DNA of 38,182 nucleotides, taken from the NCBI GenBank assembly GCA_002633005.1, contig NMRA01000471.1, positions 1 to 38,182 of the forward strand, given 5' to 3'. The stretch comes from Phoronis australis (taxonomy: Eukaryota > Animalia > Phoronida). Positions 1-11,428 of this stretch are shown here, in pieces. Under the pieces are notes generated by a model. It worked only from the letters and a program-made list of their open reading frames with translations. It was not told where the DNA came from and searched no databases. Each line of letters opens with the position of its first letter. Positions within the stretch are counted from its first letter, which is position 1. The translations under genes were made by a program, and so were the position numbers.

Positions 1-870
1 GAACTTCGTCCAGTTTGCTTTTTTGTAGTTCCAGCTAGGCTCTTTTTTGGTGACGGAGGGTTGTTCTAGTAGTGAGAGCTTTAGTGGGACTGGTAGGTGG
101 TCTCCCCCTCTTAACTGGTTTGCAACAATACTGTTGCATATTTTCTGGATGTCCTCCGTGGCTTTGGCAAGGTCTGGAGTGCTTGTCGTCTTCCAAGCTT
201 GGAACAGGCAGGTTGTCTTGTCGTCCGGCTTGTTTATGAGGATGAGACAGTTGTCGATCATAAAGTCTTCAATTTATTCTCCTCAACTATTCAGGTCTTG
301 ATATCCCCAGCTTGGTGAGTGACCATTAAAGTCACCTAAGATGAGTAGGTCTTGGTTTGACAGGGTTGCAGGTCTTTGTCAGGTGGGCAGTAGCAGTCGA
401 TGATAATGATTCTTTCCCTTGAAGTACAACTTTCACTGCGATAAATTCATTGTCTCCCACAGACCTCCCAATCTCTATCGCTGGGATAGTGTTCTATACG
501 AGGGTGAGAATGCCTCCCTTGGAACGATCGATTCTGTCATGTCGGAAGAGCTCGTAACCACTGATGAAGAAGCGATGAGCATCTGTAAGGTGTGTCTCCT
601 GGATACAGATGATGTCCACTTGCTCTCTTCGGAGGAAATCTTGGATCTCGGGTTTCTTCTTGCGAAGACCCTCAGCGTCCCACTGTGCGAAGACAAGCGG
701 AGCAACTGATGTTTCCGACTGACTATGCTGACTGGCTAGCATTGAGCTTTGCTGCCTTCGGTGGAGTCTTGGATTCGCCTCACCAGTCGCTAAAGGTGGG
801 TCCTTTTGAGGCTGAGGACCCGGCGCTGTCACCGCGTGGCGACCCACGGGACGAGAAAGATACCGTCTAA
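1..870 (-). mobile_element. Decayed non-LTR retrotransposon 5' part encoding an apurinic-like (APE) endonuclease domain (I/Ingi/Nimb-like LINE); continues off the left edge
   Basis: Minus-strand translation across stops and frameshifts gives QWDAEGL...DIICIQETHL...GYELFRHDR...KGGILTLV, DCYCPP, LILGDFNGHSPSW, STPDLA, GGDHLPV, WNYKKANWTKF. These are the canonical APE endonuclease motifs. The 5' boundary is approximate. Confidence 0.9.
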
Positions 871-1713
871 TATCCGTTTGCATGGCCATGATGGGTAAAA
901 TGCGTACATGTCTGGTTCTGTTCTGAAGGGTAGGTGGTACAGCTACAGGTCTGCCCGCTGTCATTAGCCGACAAGCTCCGTCTTCGTGGCAGCACATGTA
1001 TGAATCTAATTTCAACAGTAAGCGTTTACGTCTCAAGCCCACGTTTTGTTGAACTAAAAACCAAACCTCCTTACTGTTAAGTACAGTGTTATTTTTAGCA
1101 GGCACATAGTTTGCTGCGTTAACTCTTGGTCTACCTTTTCATTTATTGTTGCAGTCTTAGACGCATGACCGCGTTCAGCAGAGCTCACAAAGAAGTAGTT
1201 TGTCGAAAACGCATGTATGTCCTATTAGTACTGAGTGGCGGCGGGATACGACATTAGTAGATGCTGTTACAAAAAAAATTGGGAGGAATCTCGACTTTGT
1301 CCTTTAAAGCCCTGTGCAGTGCCAAGTAGTCTAGGTAAAGCCGAAATCGTTAACTTCAAACCAGAATAACTCTAGTTCACGCCGGCGAATATTCCTGTTC
1401 AAGCAATGTGTGAACTCCATTCGATTCATGAATTTATGTGTAATTAAGAACGGTAACATGCCGTAGTAAAACGAACCAAAAATCGAACGGTTTCATCCAA
1501 ATCATTGACCAAAAGAAAGATGGCGCTGTATGTGGTTTTAGTGAAACAAAATGCAACACATGTACAGACACACATTCTTTTTCAAATCACTACATATTGA
1601 AACTTCATAGAAGGGAATACAAGTCGCTGATTGAACTCTGTATATAGATGTGTATCAGTTAAAAGACAAAGAGGGAACCTTTTCGCGGGAAACAAACTGC
1701 AACAAAAGCGAGA

Positions 1714-1738
1714 GAAAACAAAACAAAACAAAACAAAA
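1714..1738. repeat. (AAAAC)n microsatellite
   Basis: aaaacaaaacaaaacaaaacaaaa seen directly. Confidence 0.85.
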
Positions 1739-1884
1739 TGAGCGCTTAGAATGTTTTCATTATTTCAGTTTCGAAGTTAAAACATAGCATGCATAAAAGT
1801 AGCTACAAAAGTGTTTTAAAGTTTGTCAAATCTCTGTTTGCAATCAAAAAAGTTCTCTTAGATCGATGGCGCTTCCGATACATT

Positions 1885-2037
1885 GCTTCAGATTGAAAAT
1901 CCGAAATTACAGATTGCCAATCCATAATTACAGATTGGCAATTCGTATTAACAGATTGCCAATCCATAATTACAGCTTGGCAATCCGTATTGACAGATTC
2001 AAGTTTTATTTTTCTATTGCGCTAGTGGGTCTTCGTA
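1885..2037. repeat. ~21-bp tandem array (attacagattgccaatccata-like), probably the internal array plus one end of a non-autonomous DNA element
   Basis: About 5 diverged copies of acagattg(c/g)caatcc followed by a T-rich stretch and a ...cttcgta end, similar in layout to 10557-10794. Confidence 0.6.
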
Positions 2038-2916
2038 TCAAACAGACCTGTTGAAGAAAATAAAGTTCTCAACATCTAGAAACCGCAGTTTTGGAAACTG
2101 GTGACCTAGAAAACACATACCAGTCTGCACGAGCCTCTGGCTCTGATCGTAATTGGACTTAGGGCTGCCGCAGTACTGTCTTCGGAATGATTATAGTTTT
2201 CCACTCGTTTTTTCATGCTCATGATTCGGTCTTATGAGTATGTGGGTTACTGCTAATCAATATGATAACTGGTACAACTCAAAATTTTAAATGTCTGTCT
2301 TACGCGCGCACCTCACTGGTTCCTTGCGTGTCTTCTAGGGGCATGTCCAATTCGTGGGTTAAAAACTTTTTATACACAAATATTCTGTAAAACCAGGCAA
2401 TTATTTTTCTTTAGGTAATTATTATACTGAACAAGAAATAAAGAAAACATATAGACCCAGCCCTCCTTTTGTCGTCCCCATAAATATCCATTTGTCAATG
2501 TTTAATTGAATATTTCTTTATTCACAAAGGAATTCGCACGAACAGAATGCTAAAATTCTTGGTCATTCAGAATCCGATCATTGCCCCTAGTGCGGCGAGT
2601 TTCAGACCTTTCATCACGTGATTTATGGCTGTCTTTATGTTAAATGTTTCTGGAGCTCACTTCAACACTTCTTAAGTAATGTTTTCAATTTGCACATTCA
2701 CCTCCATTGCTACCGACTGTACGTCTCGAGTCACAACGATGATGTCATTTGCGTTGATTAGCACGAGCGCCTCCTAAATTTTTTCGGCGCTAGATGGGGT
2801 TCCCGATGGGGTCGTACGTTAGTAATTGGCGTAATTAGTTAATGTCAGGAGTAAACGAAGAGATGATGTGTCTGTGTTGATCAAAAGTAATTTGGCCGTT
2901 ATACGGTGTCTTTGAT

Positions 2917-3300
2917 TACATGAGGTATTATAGAATTGACTTCCCCAGTGCTTGTTCACACTCACATTTGGACACCATCATAGTTTTATCATTGTACGTG
3001 TCAGAGACCTCCACGCAATGTCCACGAAAGCATGGGTAACCTCCACACAGCGAGGATCCAGTCGGCATGACGGGATGCCGTAAACCTGACACGGGATCCG
3101 GGAAGAGTTACATAGCTGCACTGAAATTCGCATTACGACGGTGGACAGATACATCGAAATATACATCGTTCTGGCGAGAAAACTCACGTACCTCGTCCAT
3201 TACTATACATACCAGTTTTAATCATGGGTTGCCAAACACGCCCAACGGAGGGAACCTGTTCACGTTCCTAAAGCAAACCTCACCATTGGTGACGCTAACA
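2917..3300 (-). pseudogene. Decayed partial duplicate of the EGF-protein gene (matches about 3820-4200)
   Basis: Colinear nucleotide match by eye (cttgttcacactcacatttggacaccatcatagtttta..., gcatgggtaacctccacacagcga..). The translation VSVTNGEV..FPPLGVFGNP*LKLVCI contains a TGC>TGA stop, a frameshift and a CPPS* stop. Confidence 0.9.
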
Positions 3301-3319
3301 ATTCAGATTTGAGCGCACA

Positions 3320-3474
3320 CGCGTTAGTTGTAAAGCAGTGCGTCACTGGGAAAGAGTAAAAAAAAACGAGCGTAACTTTACACCGTAAAGAATTATGGTC
3401 GTAATTTCAGCCGCTGTAATTAAGGACATTATGATCCTAATTACGAGCGTACTTTTACTGCGACACGTCCCCCC
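3320..3474. mobile_element. Probable terminal portion of a non-autonomous DNA transposon (GGGG-ended, possibly PIF/Harbinger-like)
   Basis: Ends in ...tactgcgacacgtcccc, with internal cgtaatt/ttacg subrepeats. Confidence 0.4.
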
Positions 3475-3626
3475 AACGACTCATTAATATAAACGTTCGG
3501 CTCATTTCTTTTAGTAGGAATTATTGATTTCCGCACTTTTGAACTCTTGTCGTTCGCCCAAGACGGCCCTTTGAAACCCACAACAATGACTGACAAACAA
3601 TGCATTTCTCGGGACTTAAAACATTT

Positions 3627-4394
3627 TCAAAGTAGAGTCTTATACAAACCTTGGCATAACATTTGATCTTCATGGAACACACAAACTTTGAAGTTGGGAC
3701 ACTCTAGTCGACAGGGGGCCTTGTCGTCGCACAAAGTCCCTTCATACCGGTGGGGACAACTGCAACGAAGAGTGCTGTTGGACAATGCAACACATTCGCC
3801 GCCATTCCTGCACTTAAGATTACATGAGGTATTACACAGTTGACCTCCCCAATCTTGTTCACACTCACATTTGGACACCATCATAGTTTTATTATTGTAC
3901 GTGTAAGGGACCTCCACGCAATGTCCGCGAAAGCATGGGTAACCTCCACACAGCGAAGATCCAGTCGGCATGACGGGCTGCCGAAAAACCTTACTCGGGA
4001 TCCGGGAAAAGTTTGCACTAACGTTACACAGAAATCCGTTGTAGGACGGTGGACAGATGCAGCGAAAGACACATCGTTCTGGCGAGAACACGCAGGTGCC
4101 TCCATTAATACACACCCTTTTTAAGCATGGGTTACCAAACAAGCACAACGGAGGGTACATCCTCATGTTCCTAGGGCGAACCTCACCAGTGGTGACGCCA
4201 ACACTAGTGGTCATTTCACTTTCTTGATCTTTCAAATGGGATTGTATATTTGTAGCCGTGTGGTTTTTCGTCAGACTGTTATCTGCCGGCATAGTTTGCC
4301 GCCGTCTTCGCACGATTTCAACGTCTGTAGCTCTGAGAGGCGTGACCAAACATATCAGTAATTGCCCGGTCACTAATGATGTCAGAGTATTCAT
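3627..4394 (-). CDS. Secreted multi-EGF-like domain protein (255 aa): signal peptide, polybasic RRRR site, three complete EGF modules and a truncated fourth
   Basis: ATG start; hydrophobic N-terminus MNTLTSLVTGQLLICLVTPLRA; RRRR; EGF spacing in CLKRVCINGGTC..CICPPSYNGFLC, CGGYPCFRGHC..CECEQDWGGQLC and CNLKCRNGGEC..CSCPHRYEGTLC; several N-x-S/T sequons; no transmembrane segment in the ORF. Confidence 0.85.
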   Translation of the reverse strand: MNTLTSLVTGQLLICLVTPLRATDVEIVRRRRQTMPADNSLTKNHTATNIQSHLKDQESEMTTSVGVTTGEVRPRNMRMYPPLCLFGNPCLKRVCINGGTCVFSPERCVFRCICPPSYNGFLCNVSANFSRIPSKVFRQPVMPTGSSLCGGYPCFRGHCVEVPYTYNNKTMMVSKCECEQDWGGQLCNTSCNLKCRNGGECVALSNSTLRCSCPHRYEGTLCDDKAPCRLECPNFKVCVFHEDQMLCQGLYKTLL

Positions 4395-4733
4395 GGTTTA
4401 AGTTGCTTCTGTTTTCCGAGAGCATCACATCTTAGCTTTATTGTAATGTTACTAATCTTGAAAGCAGAAGCAAGTGACATGGAACGCTGCAGTCAGTGAT
4501 GCAAAAATCGATGAATATTTAAAAATGTATTCAACACGAAGAAAGCACTGAAGAATTAACAATGATTGTGTACTTTATATTTCAGCTGGACTGACGTGAG
4601 CTGTCTTACAACATCTGTTGTGGCGCTTTTTATTATCCATCTTATCAACGATTATGACAACCACGGACGATCGCGAGAGCCAATGAAATATGAGTACCGC
4701 ATGAACAAAATGGCCCCACGAGTCACACTAGTC

Positions 4734-4880
4734 CATGGGCGGCGCAGCACTGAAAAAAGTGGGGGGCTAAAGCCCCTCAACCTTCTCTGTGGCACACCGC
4801 CTATAGACCATGTGTGACGTAGCACTAAAAAAAGTGGAGGCTATAGGTCCCCCCCAGCCCCTTATGGTGCGCCACCCATG
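4734..4880. mobile_element. Head-to-tail dimer of a ~75-bp MITE (TIR CATGGGCGGCGCA); monomer at 17464-17543
   Basis: catgggcggcgcagcactgaaaaaagtgg... is repeated as catgtgtgacgtagcactaaaaaaagtgg... and ends tgcgccacccatg. Confidence 0.7.
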
Positions 4881-6099
4881 AAGTCACGTGTGCATTCATT
4901 GTGTCACAAACAATTTCTCAGTTTAAATTGGGTAACTGTAAAATATATGAACATCATTGCCAACGAACCTCCATGAGTGGCCTACCACACAATCGGTGTT
5001 GCATGATAGTGAGGAGGTTAGGATCTATGCAGGAATGTTACTGAGTTACTTTCGTGAACCGAATCCGGCCAAATGCACCATGGCTTACAATTCGCAATAT
5101 TGACAATGTCTAGCCTCTCTTCAAGCGCCGGTAAACAGCATGACATCCACTGAGCGTTGGAAGACATTAACAGATTTGTTACTAGCAAAAAAATCAGTTG
5201 ATAAAATTAATTGTTGTAATAAAATACACCCTTCGGTAACTATTCAAGGTAAATTTTGTTTTTGGTATTTCCCCACAGAAGCTGAAAGGAATTATTTGTG
5301 TTGCTCATCTAACCAATAAATACGAAAGCTACTTTTTACAATTTGCATTCTGCGTTTTATGACCAACAAAAGTTACACATGTATTTTTATAGGAAGAGCT
5401 TGGTTACTTAGCGCAACTTTGGGAAGTTTTTCGAAGAAGGAGGGGGATTTTCAATATCTGGTATAATAGCAAAATGAGTCAGTCTTTTATAAGGTGAGTG
5501 ATATAAAAACGTATCTTATTTTGACGATTTCCTGGAGTCAGATGGACATTCCATGTATTATGGATCATTTTGACTCTGCGGGTATCAGCCCAGAGTCTAA
5601 TGCTTTTTTCAGGTATTTATTATCATTGATAAACAAGTACAAAAAACAAACAAACAAATAAGTACATCCATTCATTCAAGCATGCACACCTCGGGAGAGA
5701 CCATTCTCGTATAAAGTAAACAATTGCTACAGATGTAAGTCTACATGATAATAGACCGCTTGCGGGTTGTATATAGATCACGCTTGCAAACGCAACACCA
5801 GATAGAACTGTCCGGAAATAGGAGACAAAGTAGGGAGAATTGATAGTTTATCTCGTGTCCCACTATACCCGCGACTAATAAATCTCACGCTTTACGTACT
5901 CGCATCATAACATTTCCTTAGCATTGAAAAATCATGATATTAATTGTGTCATACTGGTGTTAACTCACTATGTCCTGAAAAATGTCAGTGATACATTGCT
6001 GTTACGGAACTTGAAACAATGATTCAAGATACAGCAACCCCCGGCGCGCCACGGGGTCTAACGCATCACAAATAACACACAGTGTTTTATTGCAATGCA

Positions 6100-6702
6100 T
6101 TACTTTTCTAAGTAATCGGGTCATCAAATCAGATTAAATAGGTCAAAGGTCTTTGAGTGCAAACTAAGAATTTGAACTAGACACTTCAAATTCACATATC
6201 TGATAACTTCCAATTCCAAAGTTGCAGGCCATTTAGTGCAATCGTGTGTTCATTAGGTGCATTTTGCTTCTGAAATTTTGACAGGTTCTTTAAATACATA
6301 TTCTGACGTGTCAACAGTTAGAGAACAACATTAAACAGATTTTTATGGACTTTGCGTAATTCTACTGAAAATTCTTGTAATGCACCGGAGAGGATGAATT
6401 AGTGCAAAGGTAATCTAATTTTCAAAATGTTATTTTTTCCTACATTTTTCAAAAATTCTCTTCAATTTCAGCACACAGGTGTAAGCGTACATGCCAATCA
6501 AACAAGCTACTTTACTAAGCAATCGGGTCAACCAATTAGATAAAACAGGTCAAAGGTCATCGAGTGTAACTTTAAGCTTTGACCTAGATACTTAAGATTT
6601 ACACGTGATTGATACATGCATTTAAGTTCTAATTCCAAATCTTCAGGTCATTTGGTGCAACCATGGAGGTCATTAAGTTTATTTTTCTTCTGAAATTTTG
6701 AC
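6100..6702. repeat. Two diverged ~190-bp direct repeats (about 6100-6282 and 6508-6702), ggtcaaaggtc-type interspersed repeat, likely Helentron-derived
   Basis: tacttt..taag.aatcgggtca...aggtcaaaggtc...attccaaa...cttctgaaattttgac is present twice. Confidence 0.7.
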
Positions 6703-7243
6703 CTTTTCATTCAACATGTGTTCTGTGATTGTCACCATTCACAACGCTTTTGTGAACTCCACATTTATTTCGCTACTTGGGCTCATAATGCAAACGATAC
6801 CTAATTTCATTCTGCTTATCGGTATACTATTTCTATTCTACTGTGTCTAACAGTTAAACATCAGTGATTCAGCATGCTCCACATTTTTTATTTTCTTGTA
6901 TAGTGTTGCTTTGGTGCACAAGCCACCGGATATGTTATAAACTGTACAAAAAGTCTCACTCATGCAGAGTCATCATTGTCACATTCTGACAATAATCTTT
7001 CTAGTTTCACGTATAATTTTTCTCCAAAGAGCCCAGAAATAGGTCACTAACCGTAACTTCCCTGAACAAGAAAAGCCCAAGAACAGACATGAAGAGTATG
7101 TTTGGTCCCTTAATTTTACGAATAATACGAGGTTTATAAAAGTTTTCCATGTGAGTTTTCTTCACCGAATAGTCTCCGATAAGTGAGTTTCTAGTCAAGA
7201 TTAGAATCCAACAGTCAGATCTTTGCACGTGACAGACTGCACG

Positions 7244-7410
7244 TGACAGACGTTTCGGCCTGGTCTGCTATACCTTCATCAATGATTGGAGATTCCGCCG
7301 TAGAGCGATCTACTTAATAACCTCACGACAGGAAGTAATCCAGTCATTCATCGGATATACCAGGTTATCATCGGATAAAGGTCTGGCGGACCAAGCCGAA
7401 ACGTCCGTCA
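7244..7410. mobile_element. Short inverted-repeat element whose 37-bp arms are Penelope-type hammerhead-like motifs
   Basis: Left arm reverse complement gatgaaggtatagcagaccaggccgaaacgtctgtca versus right arm gataaaggtctggcggaccaagccgaaacgtccgtca (31/37 by hand). Confidence 0.6.
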
Positions 7411-8267
7411 GTTTGCTTCTCATGAAGTGAATCTCTATTTCCCAAAATTGCTTTTGTCACAAAGCACAAGTATAATGTTTCACTCTCTCGTACAGGGTCC
7501 ACACAAAAGCTGACGTGATGCCTGTGTAAAACTTTACAATTTAAAGGTATTAGACCAGCTAGTGCTTACATACTTGGTATATGTGATCAATGCAATGGGG
7601 TCACCCTAGCGGCCTGTGCACGTCTTGCACAACATGCACTAGACTGCATGCATTTTCAGTGTCTGTTAATTTTAACAGCGCACTTTGTTGGGGTGTCCAC
7701 CGACACTACCGCGCTCTAGTACTGAAGCGACTACAGAAAGTAGCGATTTCCCCGCAGTTCTACTCTTTTATACTCTCACTCCGACACACTCTGGTTGTGA
7801 TTGTCACTTGCAGAAACACAAACACAATTTTCGTTTACTTCGTTAGCGTGTGTTATCTGAAAGCCTATCAGATGATCTTCACATGTATTTACCACAGTAA
7901 GCAAGATCAGACGGAAAAAGCAGGACATTAGGCCAAAAACGCGTAGTTTGATAAGAACTGTTTTTGAAAACCGAGTCAGTGGTGTGGTACTGTTTTAGTT
8001 GCTATAACTTTCAAGAAAAAGAAAGTCCACCCGAGGCGAGCAAAAATGTGCGGGATTTGTGTTTTTACTCGTCGAAATGATGACGTTTCAAACATTTCTT
8101 ACCCCTGTGTTAGTTTTGCTGTGCCGCTTTTCAAAACACAAAACACAAAGACGTCGAGGGAAGTTGACGAGTAACTCAGAAGATGGTCCACTTTGACTCA
8201 TTTGTTTCTTGAATATTGGCTAGGCCTAGTCTTAAATTTCTGGTGAGGCTTAGAAAGGTATGCGTGT

Positions 8268-8282
8268 GTGTATGTACATGTG

Positions 8283-8322
<40 letters not shown>
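8268..8322. repeat. (TGCG)n/(TG)n microsatellite
   Basis: tgcgtgcgtgcg... seen directly. Confidence 0.95.
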
Positions 8323-9381
8323 TCGAATTAGTCATACGTTTTCTTTCGTAATGCTTGTTTTTATGTGTTATTAATGTGTTATTACTGGCAATAAAATAAA
8401 GAATGTAATGCCAGTCCTGCGTTTCTACAATATAATATGAAACAATTTTAAGAATGGCGTTCCCCTGTCTAAAATTCGTCGCAAAGATGGGCATGGATCC
8501 AGGAAAATTATGCGAGAGGAGTCTGGCAATAGACAGGAAGTTTCATATAAATCATACACCTCTATTTCATCAACACAAAATGGGGTTCCTTATGTCGCCG
8601 AACTCTGCCTTGGGTTCCCTCACAATGATCTTGTCTGCAATCGACCGTAGTTCGTTGCGGGCAAAAATACGCATGCGATCTCGAGGCAAACTTCATTTTC
8701 TCTTCAACACCATTTATATTCCCAAAGTGTCATTTAGATTAATTAGAAAATTCATATTCTTTTTCAAGTACTTTTAAAACGTGGGTGGTCCAAAGTCACT
8801 TGATTGCACGCGTTCATGCGAGGCATCGGAAATGAATGTCACGTTAGACAAGAATGGCGATGCTGTTGTAGCAACGTCACTGTTATTGTCAGGAAACTGG
8901 TTTTTTAACTGAACGCCATCTTCCGATAAACCGATTTTACGTCGAGTTTGATATTTTCAGTTTTTGCTAATATTGTTCTTTCAAGCGTTCATTGACTCCC
9001 ACGTGATCATAAGTTACCATGGAAGGAAAATGATTAGCACAATTGATGCTTGTACCTTAGTATACAAACAATTGATTTGTTCAATCAACGGTGTTGTGAG
9101 GATGTGTACTTTTATAGTTTTATATTTTGGATATTTAAATAACAGAATTTACCATATTTTATTATTACGACTTACAGTAAGACAATGCACTAGCAACTGA
9201 CGCCAGATGTAATGCTTTCTAAAGTTTTCGGGGCTTAACTCTTATCGTTTATACATTGTATTTTTCGTAAAAAAACATTAAAAAGTAACGAGCAATTTAA
9301 CTTAATTACACACCCTTGTGATTACCACCACCACACCATCACCACCTTAACACCTCCATACCGTCAGCACCTTCGCTCTCA

Positions 9382-9509
9382 NNNNNNNNNNNNNNNNNNN
9401 NNNNNNNNNNNNNNNNNNNNNNNNNNNNNNNNNNNNNNNNNNNNNNNNNNNNNNNNNNNNNNNNNNNNNNNNNNNNNNNNNNNNNNNNNNNNNNNNNNNN
9501 NNNNNNNNN
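9382..9509. other. Assembly gap (N run), preceded by (CAC)n low-complexity sequence
   Basis: N characters. Confidence 1.
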
Positions 9510-9655
9510 ATAATACATAAGAAATCAAGGAAAATGCTTGATTTTTAGACCTCCCCCCATTCGGTGCTGTGCGCATCTACAATCGTGGTTTGCGCAAATG
9601 CTTACAGCCGGAGAAAATGTTGGCCCCCCCTTGTGATATCCTAGATCCGCCACTG
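9510..9655. mobile_element. Right end of a hAT-like MITE (TIR CAGTGGCGGATCTAG)
   Basis: Ends cccccccttgtgatatcctagatccgccactg; the other end is probably in the gap. Confidence 0.55.
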
Positions 9656-10556
9656 TGGCGTTACGGATTGAAGTGAGCTAGCTATATTCATGAGCTTGGT
9701 TGAACAAAATCGCGGTTGCAAACCACCACGCCTGTTTAGCGCAAGAATTTCAAAGTCGAACACCGAACAGGCAAGCGACCAACATGACTGTTTTTTAAAT
9801 AAAGTAAACAGTTGCCGTCTTTAATTTTTTAAAACCGAGGCATTATAAGAGAAATTAACTAATAGATTTTCTTCAGACTCGCGGCTAAGCTACGGACAAT
9901 AGTTTGTGAATCGACTAGGACAGACACTGTTGCTTAGGCTAACTTAGACGTTAGGGTAACAAAACCCCAAATGTTAGCGTGCAACTTGTCTAATGCTCTT
10001 ATCACCTCCATCTACCGTTACCACATATTTGCCCCCATCACGGTACTACCACTGCCTCCACCCACTCTTCTTGCTGCCCTCTTCACTCTCTCCATATATC
10101 AACTCGGGCATTCAAAGTACGCTCCCTTCGTTCACCGCCATCACCATCACTTTATGCTCTTCAAGTGCCATCTTTTGGCGCCAGTGTCAAACAGGTCGTC
10201 TCGGCAACATAATGTCATCGCCTGTTGCGATGATTTTACTCATTTGCAAAGAATTAAGACATGATTATTGGCAGATGCCGGTTCTCATTTTGTACATCAG
10301 CTGGCAAGGAGATTATCCTGACATCAAACCCGAAAGTTACATTTGCGTTTCAGTGGGAAGTAGAGAATAGCGTTATTTTAGTAGGTTCTTAGTCAGGCGA
10401 GTGGCTAAGGTTTTACAACTGATGTGATTAATGATGTTCAGTTTTTGCTAAACCGATGATTTAAAGTTAAACTATTGAGAGGGTGGGGTCAAAATACCCG
10501 CGAAGTCTAATCTCTGAGCTTGTTCTACATAAAAAATAAATAAATAATGCTCGATA

Positions 10557-10794
10557 TACACCGTTACTCAATGATGGCATCGCACGTTTCTTTTTTAATT
10601 ATCACAATATCTCGGCGAGACCCCTACTTAATCATCCCGGTATCTCGGGATCCCGACTTAAATATCTCGGGATCTCAGGATCTCGTGATCCTGACTTAAT
10701 TATCTCGAGATTCCGGCCGAGATAATTAAGTTGGAATCTCGAGATCCTGAGATAATTAAAAGAAAACGCACGATGTCATGTTTGGGCCACCGTA
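10557..10794. mobile_element. MITE with ~45-bp imperfect TIRs and internal atctcg(g/a)gat subrepeats
   Basis: atggcatcgcacgtttcttttttaattatc is inverted with gataattaaaagaaaacgcacgatgtcat. Confidence 0.75.
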
Positions 10795-11428
10795 CCCGAG
10801 GACCAGCGTATCAACACAATGTACCTTAGACTCAGCGCAGAGAGGGAGGGCTGTGGGCTCCTCTGGCTGCTTTAAGTGATGGTTGGGGAACACATACTCA
10901 CATCAAGGCGTGAAAATGGGACATTTACATAACTGAACTAACCGGTTGTTCATTCACGCCTTGACATGAACAATGTGCACAAATGATTTCCAAACGAGTT
11001 AGTCAGTTTAGTTGGCTAGCAACAGTCTTCCTCTACGCCTTATTATAGTGTACAATCTGGGAGGCTCATTTTTGCAACCTGGGCCACTTTCAAAAGACAA
11101 ATTGACACTTACGGTTTTCAGCGATTGTATTATGACTGAGCTCAAACTCATAGGTTTGGCGTTAAACTGTTACAAACTTACGAAGTCATCTCTAATTAAA
11201 TTGATGATTGAAAAAGAGTTCGTTTTACGGTGTCCGTTTTATGTTTTATTGGTAATTACCCGGTTTACTGGTTTTATTACGTCGGCGTAAGTAAACTAGT
11301 TCTAGAATTTTTAAAATATTAATTGCCAGTTTTCAGAGCAAATACGAAACATAAGCCGGTGGCTATTATCACTCACAATTAACTTAATAGGATATAGACA
11401 ATTAAAGGGCTGAGGAGTTAGAGACCTG

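Noticed and set aside
870-1105. N-terminal part of the 203-aa ORF 494-1105 as real protein
   Set aside because: Non-ATG start and no motifs; only the C-terminal endonuclease part is recognisable, and it ends at an in-frame stop.
9971-10370. His/Pro-rich ORFs
   Set aside because: Derived from degenerate (CAC)n low-complexity sequence.
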